A stretch of 64,000 nt of DNA from positions 3,153,675-3,217,674 of the forward strand of contig CAJINV010000001.1 in the NCBI GenBank assembly GCA_905178155.1, in the 5' to 3' direction. A program made the translations under genes and the position numbers. The DNA comes from Amoebophrya sp. A120 (taxonomy: Eukaryota > Protista > Dinoflagellata). Below, piece by piece: positions 48,243 through 59,800 of this stretch. Positions within the stretch are counted from its first letter, which is position 1. The number at the start of each line of letters is the position of its first letter. The notes below the pieces were generated by a model that was not told the origin of the DNA, made no database searches, and saw nothing but the letters and a program-made list of their open reading frames with translations.

Positions 48243-49917
48243 TCAGCGCCTGTTCGACAGCTCAGTCAGTTTGTTTTTCACGGTCGTGTAGATGGTCCCC
48301 GTAGACCGATCCGGCGCGGTGTAGAGGTAGGACAAACAATTTGTCTTTCCCTGTGTGATCACGTAAAACAGCACCAGATCCTTCAACATTTCGTATTCCG
48401 CGCCCGCGGCCAATTTTGGGCTGGTAAAAACGTCCCAACTGAAAAAGCAAAACCTGCACTTTCCCCCACACAGCGGGTGGCTCGGGACCGGCTTCCGGTC
48501 CACAAATCGCTCCCACAAGTGCGGGGCGGTGTGCGCCAAGAGGTAGCCAAACACGATTCCGTAGACCAGTTCCCGGAATAAAACCAGCAGGGGCGCAGGC
48601 GGCTTCTTCTTGTTCTTCGCCTGTTTATTCGGCGCCTCTTCAAACAGGTCTTCGAATGTGTCCGGGTTGTTCAGGTCCACTTTATTCGCAGGCACAACTC
48701 CTGACGCGTTTGCCGAGGATGTACTAGATGCGGTGGGGCCCCAGGAGAGCGGGTCGGGGAAGAGTTCGGACGCGGGCGTGGCGAAGAGGAGATTGTAGGT
48801 GATCCCGCGGACTAAAAGAAAATAGCAAAACGTGAGAAACCCGATGGTGTGAAAGGCCCCGTACACGGATCGTGGCGGGTGGTGCTTGAAGTACTCCCGG
48901 TTCCATTCCGCGGCATTGAACACCTTCGTATGGAAGCGCCAGGCTTGAAGTCGACAAAACTGAAATGATTTGTCATGTATAAGATGCAAGGCACGAAGTG
49001 CCTGTCTTGCCGGGATGGCAAGTGAGGCCCTCCATTGTGAGCCTGTTTAGGGTTTGAAATAGAGCTGCGAAAGTAGCAGGACAACAGCAGTCCACCTCTG
49101 TGCCCAAACAGCGCGACGAATTGGATTCCGGTGCTCGGAAAATTTGTCATGCGCCGCTTGACAAGTGGGCTTGCGACTGGTATCGCTTTTATACGTGACA
49201 AACCATTTCACCTTTGACGATTTCAATCCTGACACTCCCATACTTCGTCGCCGCCCGGTACACCTGCGGGTTCTGCGTGCGCAGATTATAGGCCTGCTCG
49301 CCTTTGTATCGCAAGAAAAAGCTGTTTCACTGCGAACTTGTGATGCAGAAAATGGAACGCAGAACTATTTGTCTTGCTACACCTGGAAGACATTGGATTT
49401 TCAAGCGTCTTTTCCCTTGGGAAGCACACATAACAAATTTTCAGTGTCATGTGTAACAAACTTGTGATGCAGATCTTGCAAAATCATCACAGTGAAACAG
49501 TTTCTTCTTGGGATACTTTGTAGTCAAACTTGCACTCGTGCTTCTCCGCAGCCCGGTGCTTGTCGCAAAATATCAAGTGCAAAAATGTCTGGGTCTGGAA
49601 GAATGCATGTTTGTCATGCTTGTCTGGCGTGACTCTTAAATCTGTCATGCACGTTACCCAAGAGCTCCATTTTTCTGTGATGCAGAGACGCAGTTTGTCA
49701 TGCAGAATAGGCAACACCTAGAAGCTCAGAAACTTGTCATGCTGAGCCAGCATTTGTGGCCTCATCATGAGACGCCACCCAGCATCACAAGTTTCCAGAC
49801 CCAGACATTTTTACATTTGATACAAAACACGCCGCCGCAACGGCACTTCTGGGCCTGCGCGAGCAGCGGAATCTTCTTCTGGCAAAACCAGCACACGTCG
49901 CTGGGAAGGGAGGACAT
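48243..49917 (-). CDS. AN1-type zinc finger fused to a membrane domain (possibly DUF962/Mpo1-like); 3 introners
   Basis: After removal: MSSLPSDVCWFCQKKIPLLAQAQKCRCGGVFC-DKHRAAEKHECKFDYKG-EQAYNLRTQNPQVYRAATK-VFNAAEWNREYFKHHP... Confidence 0.9.
48929..49242. mobile_element. Introner (314 bp, about 55-bp imperfect TIRs, DR CTTCG)
   Basis: TATGGAAGCGCCAGGCTTGAAGTCG.../...CGATTTCAATCCTGACACTCCCATA; CTTCG at 48924-48928 and 49243-49247. Confidence 0.9.
49307..49515. mobile_element. Introner (209 bp, DR CTTTG)
   Basis: TATCGCAAGAAAAAGCTGTTTCACTG / CAGTGAAACAGTTTCTTCTTGGGATA; CTTTG at 49302-49306 and 49516-49520. Confidence 0.9.
49571..49822. mobile_element. Introner family A (252 bp, DR CAAAA)
   Basis: Family-A TIRs; CAAAA at 49566-49570 and 49823-49827; splits a Cys codon of the AN1 finger. 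Confidence 0.95.
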
Positions 49918-50604
49918 GGCTTGATCTCCGCTAGAAGGGAAACTAGGAAATGTGTGATAAATCTCTTCTGGCCTTCTAGTTCTAGTTCGACAAAGGAAAC
50001 GTGTAGCAATAAACTCTATGACGAGTGAGGGTAGAGGAAAATGATGTCTTCGCTTGAAACACAACGCAGCGCTCATGGGGTCGGAGGACGTCTGATTTAG
50101 CATTTGAGACTCAACAACGCACGTAGAAAGGCCAAATCCAATAATATGCAAGAAATAAAATTTCTCGAATACGATGTTTTCCGAAGAATGAAGTTCCACT
50201 ACGTTTTTTTAGTAGTACGATGTTGAAAGGCATCATGTACTTACATTCTTTTATTGCACGAGATCACGACCACAACCATGGTACCACAATGGAACACGGC
50301 AGAAACGTATTGCTAACGATCCAACCGCCCAGTTGTTGTAAATGAGAATCTGGTCTTAGTTACTAGCCCCGCATAAAAACAAAACTCGGAGCGTTCGTGC
50401 CTGATTCCGAATTTCACCATTGACAACAACAAAATACTGTGCAGGTAGTCCACCGCTTTATTCCTTTGAGCAGAAACAAAAACAGCTAAATCAATTGAAG
50501 ATTGAAAATCGTTGCACCTCGTCGTTCATTCTTGTTTTCTTCACCAGTACTTTCGCATCACTGCCTTCATCTTTTTCGATCTTATTGTACTTCTGAACTC
50601 ATAC

Positions 50605-51510
50605 TCAACGACCGGTCTTCCGCTTTTTTGCCGCAGGGCCTGAGGAGGTTGCGCCATGCGAAGGTGCAGATGCGGTCGACAACGGAGCGGTCTCGAAGAA
50701 CCACTCATGCGGGTTCCTGAAACAAGAGTAATTCGCAATCGATGTTGTTGGCTCCGCGGTGACATGGCCGGAGCCGAGGGACCTCGTATACAACGAGTGG
50801 GGCTTGCCCGGCACAAGTTTTCCGCACCGCACTACAGTACGCCGCGAACCCGAATCGTGCTCCACAATAACACCTTGGAGATCCACCAGCCCGCTGTCGC
50901 GAGCTGGCCCATACCCATCTTCACGCTCGATGCTATCCAGCGCCGTGCTCTTCGCAGGATCAGAGTCCGCGTTTGCAGCAGCTAGGCCAAAGAAGTCCCC
51001 GAGACGCTCAATGTTCACGAACCTGGGCCCGTTATCGAGATGCAGGGAGCGCGGGTCGGTCGCTTGCTCCGCGGTGCTCCACTGAACGGAGATGATCGCT
51101 CCACAATCTGGGGCAGCCTCGCACGGCACTGGATTGGTCACTTTGCAGTTCTTTTCGGCACGGGTGCCTTTATTGCGATCGATTTCCAACGGCACTCCGT
51201 TCACAGTGATGCTGTTGATCCACTGATGCGGATAGGGTCCACAGGGTGCGCCTCCGAGCGTAAACATCAGCTTGACCACATCGCCTTCTGTGATCTTCAG
51301 GTCCCCCAAAGTTGTCTGCGGTAGCTCGCTGGACGCGACGTGGCGTTTGTTTGCGACTTTGTAACATGCCGGGAAGAAGTTGTCGCTCCTCGCGCGCTGG
51401 ATTACCTGCTCCTTCATTTCTTCAATAGTTGTGGTCAGAGGAAGGTCGAGCTCAATCGTGGCGTTCTTGCGGAACCCGATATCCCACCGCTCGACGCCAA
51501 AGCGCACCAT
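50605..51510 (-). CDS. Ubiquitin-like domain protein with C-terminal extension and NLS-like tail
   Basis: TTIEEMKEQV...TLGDLKITEGDVVKLMFTLGG (Ubl pattern ending in GG); ends PAAKKRKTGR. Confidence 0.7.
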   Translation of the reverse strand: MVRFGVERWDIGFRKNATIELDLPLTTTIEEMKEQVIQRARSDNFFPACYKVANKRHVASSELPQTTLGDLKITEGDVVKLMFTLGGAPCGPYPHQWINSITVNGVPLEIDRNKGTRAEKNCKVTNPVPCEAAPDCGAIISVQWSTAEQATDPRSLHLDNGPRFVNIERLGDFFGLAAANADSDPAKSTALDSIEREDGYGPARDSGLVDLQGVIVEHDSGSRRTVVRCGKLVPGKPHSLYTRSLGSGHVTAEPTTSIANYSCFRNPHEWFFETAPLSTASAPSHGATSSGPAAKKRKTGR

Positions 51511-52569
51511 TTTTCCTCTTGCCGAGTCTATCTGAAGATGGCACTACCAGTAAACTAAAAGGAAAACCCCCTGCAACAGCAACTACTTTGTTCGAAAAAT
51601 AAATGCGCGGATGATAAACCTGCGAATGGCGACAACCCACGGCAAGCGACGACGTCGAGCATACAAATTGGTCTTCAGTTCTCTCAGTCCTTTGTTTGCG
51701 CATGCGATTTTTCCTTAGATAATTCTCTCCAGCCTCGCTCGATTTAGAAGAAGTGGACAAACCGTAACACAACGGCAACGACAACATCGAACGCACGTCT
51801 CTTCGATCGAATTCCCTCGGTTGCTTAACGAGGTTTTTGGTGTTTTGTAGTATGCGTTTTTCATACAATCCTTCCACGAATAAAAATCATGTGTCCCGGG
51901 TTTCATTTCCGCCAACATGCGAAACTAATTTGGTATGGTAAGGCTATGGTAAAAGTTAATTTTGTGAAATGGAGTACAAACATGCGACTATGCAGGGTCG
52001 TGGTTTTTTAGCTAGGTACATGTACATCCATGCAACAATTGCACAAACAATAGATACATTTTTCAAAAGGCCTTTCGAATCTTCCACCAAATACGTTATG
52101 ATGTCCCAGTTGGAATTTCCGCTGGTGCCTATTTTACAAGTAAACGAAACTCGTGCGATTCTTGCAATCTCCTCTTGTGCAAGAATTTTTCTTTTCATGC
52201 AGCAATTGAAATTGAGATTAAAAATTAGTGTAGTATATTCGAATCATAGTGTAAAAATTGAGTTGTGTGTGTGCAACTTTCGTGTGTGTTTTTGTTATTT
52301 TTCGTGTGTGTTTAATTTGTGTGCAATTTCTTCTAGGTAGATGACATAAAACTCAATTATCAATATATTTTTGCAAATTTAGCTGTTAAGAACAAAAGCT
52401 AAATACAAGGAGAGTGTTGTTTTTTTTTTCAAAAGGAAATTTTGCATTTTGGTACTTGGGTAGTAGAGACAAGGAGTTGCTGCGGCTTTAGTTGGGTCTC
52501 AAGGAAAACCTGTCACGGTGTGCAGAGACAGATGGTTGAAGACCTTGCTCGCGCGTTTCAGGATCGTGC

Positions 52570-55307
52570 TCAGTACCCGAAGGTAGTGAAGGCTCCACCA
52601 TGGGCACCGGGCCCGGGCGAAAGTGATCTCGCGCTGCCCCCCTGCGATCTCCTGGGAACCATGGAAAACCTGTTATGTTTGTTTGAAAAAATTATGCTGT
52701 GAAAATAGGCAAAGGCAAAGAAGGTGGGAACTAATGTACTTCTTGTATTATTCCAGCAACACATCATCATGCTTTCATCTATCACTGTGTAAGAACAGAG
52801 TGCTTGACTATACCTTGGTGTGGACATGATGCTGGGATGCGCAAAGCCCACCGTCGTCGGATTCGTGTACTGTCCTGGCCCTGGACTCTGTGCTCTCTTC
52901 GGGGTGGGTCGCTGCGACGTCGCTGTTTTATATTTTATTCAGTCACCGCGGAAGGATCACCCTATGGATGATCGCTCGATGGGAGCATCTCCCACTGCGT
53001 CGCACGAGGAGGCGCCCTGGAAGCACCTACCCCACCGGCGGAGGCCGGTACGCCGAAGCAGCCCAAAGAACCCGGCGCGACGCCTGCGGCCAGACGATGA
53101 ATTTGGGAAACCGGTGCGCCCCATAGACGAAGGCGTAGCGATGACGACGGACCGACCAGTGGCATGTGCTCGAAGTGGAAAGCTTCGAGCGGACAAAAAC
53201 CGATAGCCTCGCGGCCTCGCGTTGCAATGGGATCGGAGGATCAAAGGACAATAAACCAAAGAAAGCCAAGGGCCTTGGCTTGGGAAAAAGTTCGCAAGGG
53301 TAACGGGTTCGAACCGCCAGTGCCAAACGACCCTCCATCCCAAAGCAAGGCGAGACCGCATGAATTCGTATTCTCGCTGATATCGCCAACGTCAACGAGA
53401 ATACAATCAGGGCTGCCAACACTGTCCGTACAACGGATAAACCCAGAGATGCCCAAATCTGTCCGCAAAGCGGATTGGTCTAAACTTTCCGCCGAGCGGA
53501 TGAGATCAAACTTTCCCCCAGGCGGATAACCACAACTTTCCGCACAGCGGATGAGACCAGACTTTCCGACATGCGGATGCGACCAAACTTTCCGCCAAGC
53601 GGGTAAACCAAACTTTCCGCAAAGCGGATGAGACCAGACTTTCCGACAAGCGGATAAAAGAGACTTTCCTGAGGCGGATGGACCAAACTTTCCGCAAAGC
53701 GGATGAGACCAGACTTTCCGACAAGCGGATAACCAAACTCTCCGCAAAGCGGATGAGACCAAAGTTTCCGACAAGCGGATGAGACCAAACTTTCCGCCAC
53801 GCGGATAGCCAAACTTTCCGCAAAGCGGATGAGACCAGACTTTCCGACAAGCGGATAGAAGACACTTTCCTGAGGCGGATGGACCAGACTTTCCGACAAG
53901 CGGAGAAAAAACACTTTCCTGAGGCGGATGGACCAGACTTTCCGACAAGCGGATGAAAAAACTTTCCTGAGGCGGATGGACCAGACTTTCCGACAAGCGG
54001 ATAAAAGACACTTTCCTGAGGCGGATGGACCAGACTTACTACCATCGGCAGGGGCGTTACTCCCTGAGGATAAGAGAGAAAGGAAATAAACTTCAACCCA
54101 GACCGGGAAGAGGTTCACCCTCTCAATCATCTTGTCCTGGCTACCGGAAAAGGGCGAGGCTCGGACATGTATAAAATATCGCCCGTCCAGCCTCAGCCTA
54201 GACTCACAGGCTCGCTAGCCTGCTACTGCCCGGGCATACATTTATTTAGGTGAGGTTTAATTCGGCTTTGCGGATTTACATACTGTGAGTGCAACGACAC
54301 ACTAAGAGCAGTCGAACTATGACTTCACGGGGTGGAAAAAACGAATTCAAAAGCAGTACGCATCTTCCATGCAGGCCCAATAAGGTCTCGTGATATGGTA
54401 TAAGCTCCCGGCCCCGGTGTTGTTGGTCCTGTTTTTTGGAAATAAAATAACGAACCAAATTCAAATCCGCAAAAACAATGAGAAAACACGCAGCTGAGTA
54501 CTGTGCTCGCGAGGGTCAAGAAGCGACACCGATACCGATTTCTATTTCAAAGCGGTTCTTCATACAATTACGATTGGCGTAGTAAACGTCTCCTCCTAGA
54601 AAATTATGAGTCACAAAAATCATATAATTTCGCAAGCAACTAAGAGTATACTCTTGAAATCCTTTGCCCGGCCGTACATGCTGGCTGATATGTCGCTGAG
54701 TGCTGGCTTGAAGGCGTAGGTTCCGGGTCCTGGGGTTTGCGCTCTCCTGGCACTTCCCATAGCGCTGCCGGCGTCGTCGCGACTCGATTTGGAAAACACT
54801 GTTCGGCCGGAGGCGGGCATGGTGCTTGATAGGAAAAAATTTGGCGTGTACGTTCCCACCGATGGCTTTTTGAACGGGGCCTGCGTAAAGGCATCCCGCT
54901 TCTCGTGAGAAAACACGGCGCTTGGAGGTCTGCTATGCCTGTAAAAGTTTATTTTTGATACTTCGAGGGTAGTCTTTTCTTGAGCTAAGCAGCACCGTCG
55001 TACGGGTTGAAGTGAAAAGTACGAGGGAACAAAACTGTGGAGGGAAGAAGGCGGGAGCGAAACGAAACTCCTAATCCAAAGCTCTATCTCTTTGATGTTG
55101 AAACTGAAAGTGAACAAATATGAAAATCCACTGACTGTAGTACCTTGCGTCGACATTGATATCTTGCACGTGATAGCCTCCTGGACCGGGTCCGAGCTTG
55201 TTCCTCCTTGCGGTGACTTTGTCCTCTTCTCTCCCGGTAAGCGTCCACTTTGGCGCCTTCCTGATGTTGCTCAGCGAGGTGCATAACGGCCCCGCTGGCA
55301 CCGACAT
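52570..55307 (-). CDS. SHIPPO/ODF3-like (PGPGxY repeat) axonemal protein, 4 exons
   Basis: GPGPGGY, PSVGTY, TPGPGTY, TPGPGAY and, beyond a proposed 1.7-kb intron (52642-54342), SPGPGAH...TTFGY-stop. The last exon link is inferred. Confidence 0.75.
53453..54037. repeat. Complex minisatellite of about 22-27-bp hairpin-forming units
   Basis: Units such as GACCAGACTTTCCGACAAGCGGAT, CCAAACTTTCCGCAAAGCGGAT and ACACTTTCCTGAGGCGGATG recur in mixed order, more than 20 units. Confidence 0.9.
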
Positions 55308-56806
55308 TTTATCTATAAAATTCGCTACCTCTAACTTCTGCTGTTGTACCTGCTCTTAGAACAAAGTGTGCTGGTTGTTGTTCTGAAGCTGTTTTCAGGA
55401 GAAGTGGCTGATTGTCATAACATCGAATCGATGCCTGAAACAAAAACAATGGAAGCAAGAATCACAAAGAGAAAGCCGATGTGATTAAGATTATGAAACG
55501 ATAAAAGTGAGTAAATTGCATGCTCCACTCAGAAGGTTGCTTGGGGTTGTGGTCTACCTGGATGCTTGTGCGCAACACCTCTCGAAAAGCACCGAAAGAG
55601 GGTTTACTTGTCCTAACCGCGCGGGGCCACAATTGAATTTCTAAGCAAAATTAGTGATGGGGAGTGCCAGTGCTGGGTAATGTCCATAAGATGAGTAACG
55701 CGAAAGCGGGAAGTACTGCATCTCCTGCAACTGTTTTCAGTGTCAACGAGTAGACCATTGCAAAGAGAACCGACGAGCTCCAATGCCAAATCTTACACAG
55801 TGACAAAAAACCAAAGAAACAAAGAGAACGCCAAGGGAAAACAGCTAGAGCTGAGTTCGATGTTGGTGAACGAAAAAACGTGGAGTGAGCGGACGTACAA
55901 ATGTGCGTTTTCTTCGCCATTCGCATTCTTCAGGACGATGAGTGATTTGTACGAAAAAACATCACAAAAAACGACACCGAATAGGAATTGGCACGCGGCT
56001 GCAAAAACTCTCAGCTTGATCAGCACTAGAAAAGCCGAAACAAAAAAAATAGATTTACGACGGTCACCATTTTCTACCATGCGTTATGTGGCAACCTAAA
56101 CGAGGCACGACTGCAAGAGGAGATGCGCAGAACAGTACAAAAAACTAAAAGTAAGCTCAAATTCAACGTCTGAGGTTGTAATTTTCATCTTTCCTTCGCT
56201 TCAACTTCCGTTCGAGGTCGTCGACCTAGCTGCACGAGCGCGTCTGATAACGATAAGGCTGAAGTAAAGCGTTCTAGCGCATCACAACTACCGGTCAAAT
56301 GGTAGCTGTATTCATCATCACAGTGCGAGTCCATTAGTGCTCAGAAAGCGCCGGTGTTCTCCTCCAGGTATACGGATGTTAGGCAGAGGCAGAGCTCACC
56401 CCGTTATATTCAACTTCTCGGTTGTACGACGTTTTGCTAGCTCTGCATGCGACAAGCCCTTTAATATCGTATGTCCGCCACATTTTCTCGCTTTATGTCC
56501 TTAAATAAATTTCGCAGCTCTCGCTGCCGCTGCCCACACAGATATCATCTTCACATCGCAAATCATGCGTCAAATTGTTGATGTTGTTCAAAAATGCCTC
56601 TACAACAAACAGTCAGTGGTCGAGCGTCGATGAATCAATTTTCTTTTCCGTGTTCAAAACTGTGCCACCATGTCGTGCACTTGTTCTGTATAATCCGGAC
56701 TCGTGTCCATGACAGATTGTGAGTTCTTAGGTTATTTGGTTGGTCAGTACTTGAATCACAGCATTATGGAGGAAGAACTAGCATGAAGATCAAAACGGTT
56801 ATTTAT

Positions 56807-59800
56807 TCATTCCACATCGTGCTCCCCGCGCGCACGGTTCGCGCCGAGCAGTCCCGCGAGCGTCAGTGTCAGAATGATGCTGACGCGCCCGAGCTCTGTA
56901 AGTTTGACGACGTGCCGTGTGAGTACGAAGTAAAACCCGTTCCACCAGGGTCCCCTCTCAACCTGAAATGGAAATTATGGAGTCAACGAGCCACTAGTTG
57001 AGCATCGCACAATCGCATATCATATGCGGAAACACGACAAAGTCTTCACCTTGTTCGGATTCGTATAATAAGTAATTCATACCATAGATACGAAGTGAAT
57101 ACGTACGTGACATATTGGACAGAAAATCTTGAAACGCAAGCGAAAAAGTGCAACTATTATACCCAGATAAGGACGAACTCCTGCCCGGTCATCGGCGAGT
57201 ACCAGATTTCGTGCGGAATCCCGGCGATCACGTGGCCCATTTTGTTTTTTTCCACCTGCAGCGCGCCGCGCGCGAGGGGCAACGACTGCTGCCGCGTCGG
57301 CGTCTCGCTGGCCTGCCGCATAATCTTCCGCATGCCCTTCGGGAGCTCCTCGAGCGGAATCATTTTCCAGTCCGGATGGAGCCGCTGCGTGTCGACAATG
57401 CAGGAAGGAGTGACGTGGTACTTCAACCTGGGCCGTTCGTTGTAGTTCAACGAGGTCACGATGGGTGGCACGACATCCTTTCCGACAAGATGTTCGTGTA
57501 CCACTTTTGAAGTGGAGGGAGAAGGTGTCTTCATTGCTGATCTTCTTGACGACGCACTTTGGTCCTGAGCCTGCTTCGAAGGTGTACTCCCTCCAGAGGT
57601 TTTTGTAGTGTGAGAGTTCTCCTCCTTGTCGCCACTCGCGCTACTTTTTGCTGAAGAAGATGCACTCTTGCTGACGCTGATCAGCTCGGAAATCAACTGT
57701 TCTGCGGGCTTTCCGAAAATCGAACTGATGTTGTTTGCACGCAAATCCTCCGCCACCTTTGCGGACCTGGTGGCGTACAGTTTTTCGGTGTTCTTGGACT
57801 CAAATTCATCTTGCTGTTCCTGCTGCTGTTGGTGCGTCTGTGAGGTTTCGGTTTCTGTTTGTTCCTTCGAAGAGGAGGTTGGTGCAGCAGAGTCGTTTTT
57901 TTCTTCCTCGGCGGCGAGTGCTGCTTGTTTCGCCAGCATCATCTGCTCGTGTGCCGCCGCGATTTTTTCGGCCTTCCAGTCTTCCTCGGGACTTTGCCAC
58001 AAGAGGTACCGGCCGATCAGCGGAAAGTTCTGCACATACAGGTGGGAGGCCTCTTCCGGGGTGAGCACGGTGCCGTTTCGCGTCAGGTTGGGGTGCACGT
58101 AGCCTACGCCCTGCACGGCGTCCTCCTGGCGCGCGAAGAACCGGCCGAACTGCAGCGCGACCACCTCGCTCACGTATGGCTGAATCTTCTTCCACCTAAA
58201 ATTGGAAAGTGATCTGGTCATCAAGTCTGGGTTGTTGCTTTTCATTCAACAACTTACTGATTGCATTTTCAGGAATCAATTACTGCACGACGAGCAGCAG
58301 GAGCTTTGGGCTTCTTGTGACTCATGAGTAACAAAGGCAATGCGAATACCTCGGATGCCGATATTTGCTGAGGCCCTTGATGGGTTTCGGGGGCCTGGGC
58401 GTTGCCCTGCTTTGCGCGCTTGGGTTGTACAAATGCCCTCGAAAGTATTTATTCTGAGGCGACGCTGGACGCTTCATCATCTCCTGTGTCGTGCCGTCGG
58501 CATTGGTTTCAACGTTCCTTGTACTGGTAGTAGTAGTTCTTCCAGTATTTGCATTTGGATTTGGAGAAGTTACACCATAATTGCTGCTGTGCTGGTGTAT
58601 GAGCCCCCCGCCGGTTGTTGTGTGGCTCGTGGCTGTTGTCCTCGCGGTCGTATCACGGTGATGTTCTGGGCCGGAGTTGTTGTAATTATGGTCGGAATTA
58701 TTTCCTGTTGATGGTCGTGCGGCTGTTGGTGTTGGTGATTTCCCCGTCTCGTTCCTGTAGTTTTGATGTGTGTGCCCAGGTGCTGCTCCACCAGCTCCAG
58801 AGGTCGTGGTCTCTGACTTTTCAACATCGGGGGCTGCCGCCGACGAAGATGATGTTGTGGCAGAAGATGCACCTCCTCCCGCGGTGGAGGACACTTCTGG
58901 CGCTGATCGTGCTGACCGATCGGAGGTCGCGTTAGAACTTCTAGAAGTGCGCGTCGCGATAGAAGTGCGCGCTTCATCAGTATCCGGATTCATCTGCTGG
59001 TCGTGCCCATCAAGACTTCTGTTATTTTCAGTTTCACGACTGTGCTGGGACTTCACAAAAATCTCTTCTTCGTTGAAAGACGCCCTTCCAGCAGTTTTCT
59101 GGTGATCACTTCTTGTTTTCTCCCCTGTTTCTGGTCTCGCTGGAGCTTCATCTTCTGCTGCACCTGTAGACGGCGCGTGGTCCTCCTCGCGGGCGCTTTC
59201 GTCGTCGTGCTCTCCCATCTCCATCTGCTCGAGGTATCTTTTGTCTTTCTCCCTCTCTTCCTGCTCCAATATCCGCCGCCGCTGCTGTTGCTGTCGCCTC
59301 GCCTCTTGTATCTGTTGCTCTCGGTCGCTCGCGCTCGCCCGACGAGCCTCCTTCTTGGCTGTGGTGCCGGAATTCGAGTTCTTCACCACGGAAACGTCGC
59401 GCGCCTTCTTCTTCACGACGGGCGAGGCACCGAACATCGTCGCTGTGCCGTCCGCAAACTGCAGGAAAATCGCGGCGCAAATATTAGAAACGTCGGCTAG
59501 AAACGTCACGAAAAATTGCGTTGCGTCGGTGAGCTGCTGGGTCGCATACGGGATTATCCAGGCAGTGGTAGAAGCGGTATTTTTTCCAGATGTTGACTGC
59601 TGGCCGGACTGGTGTCTACTTTCGGTTTTTATTTCTTGTGAACTTCCGCTTTGGGATGAAGGTGGATCATAAAAGTCATTTTGTTCTCGTGTAGAGGTGG
59701 CCGTGGTGCTGGTTCTGGTGCTTCTGCTCTGTTCCTCATTTCCTGTGGGTGACATGCCAGCAGCTGGTGCACTATTGTCATTTACATGACCACCAGCAGT

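Noticed and set aside
52255-52335. GT-rich repeats
   Set aside because: Simple low-complexity sequence in an AT-rich intergenic or UTR region.
53453-54037. CRISPR-like array
   Set aside because: Units are contiguous and reuse the same few variants; there are no unique spacers and no cas genes, and the context is eukaryotic.
53241-54130. Three overlapping 196-256-aa ORFs as genes
   Set aside because: They are translations of a repeat unit that lacks stop triplets, with the same peptides cycling through frames.
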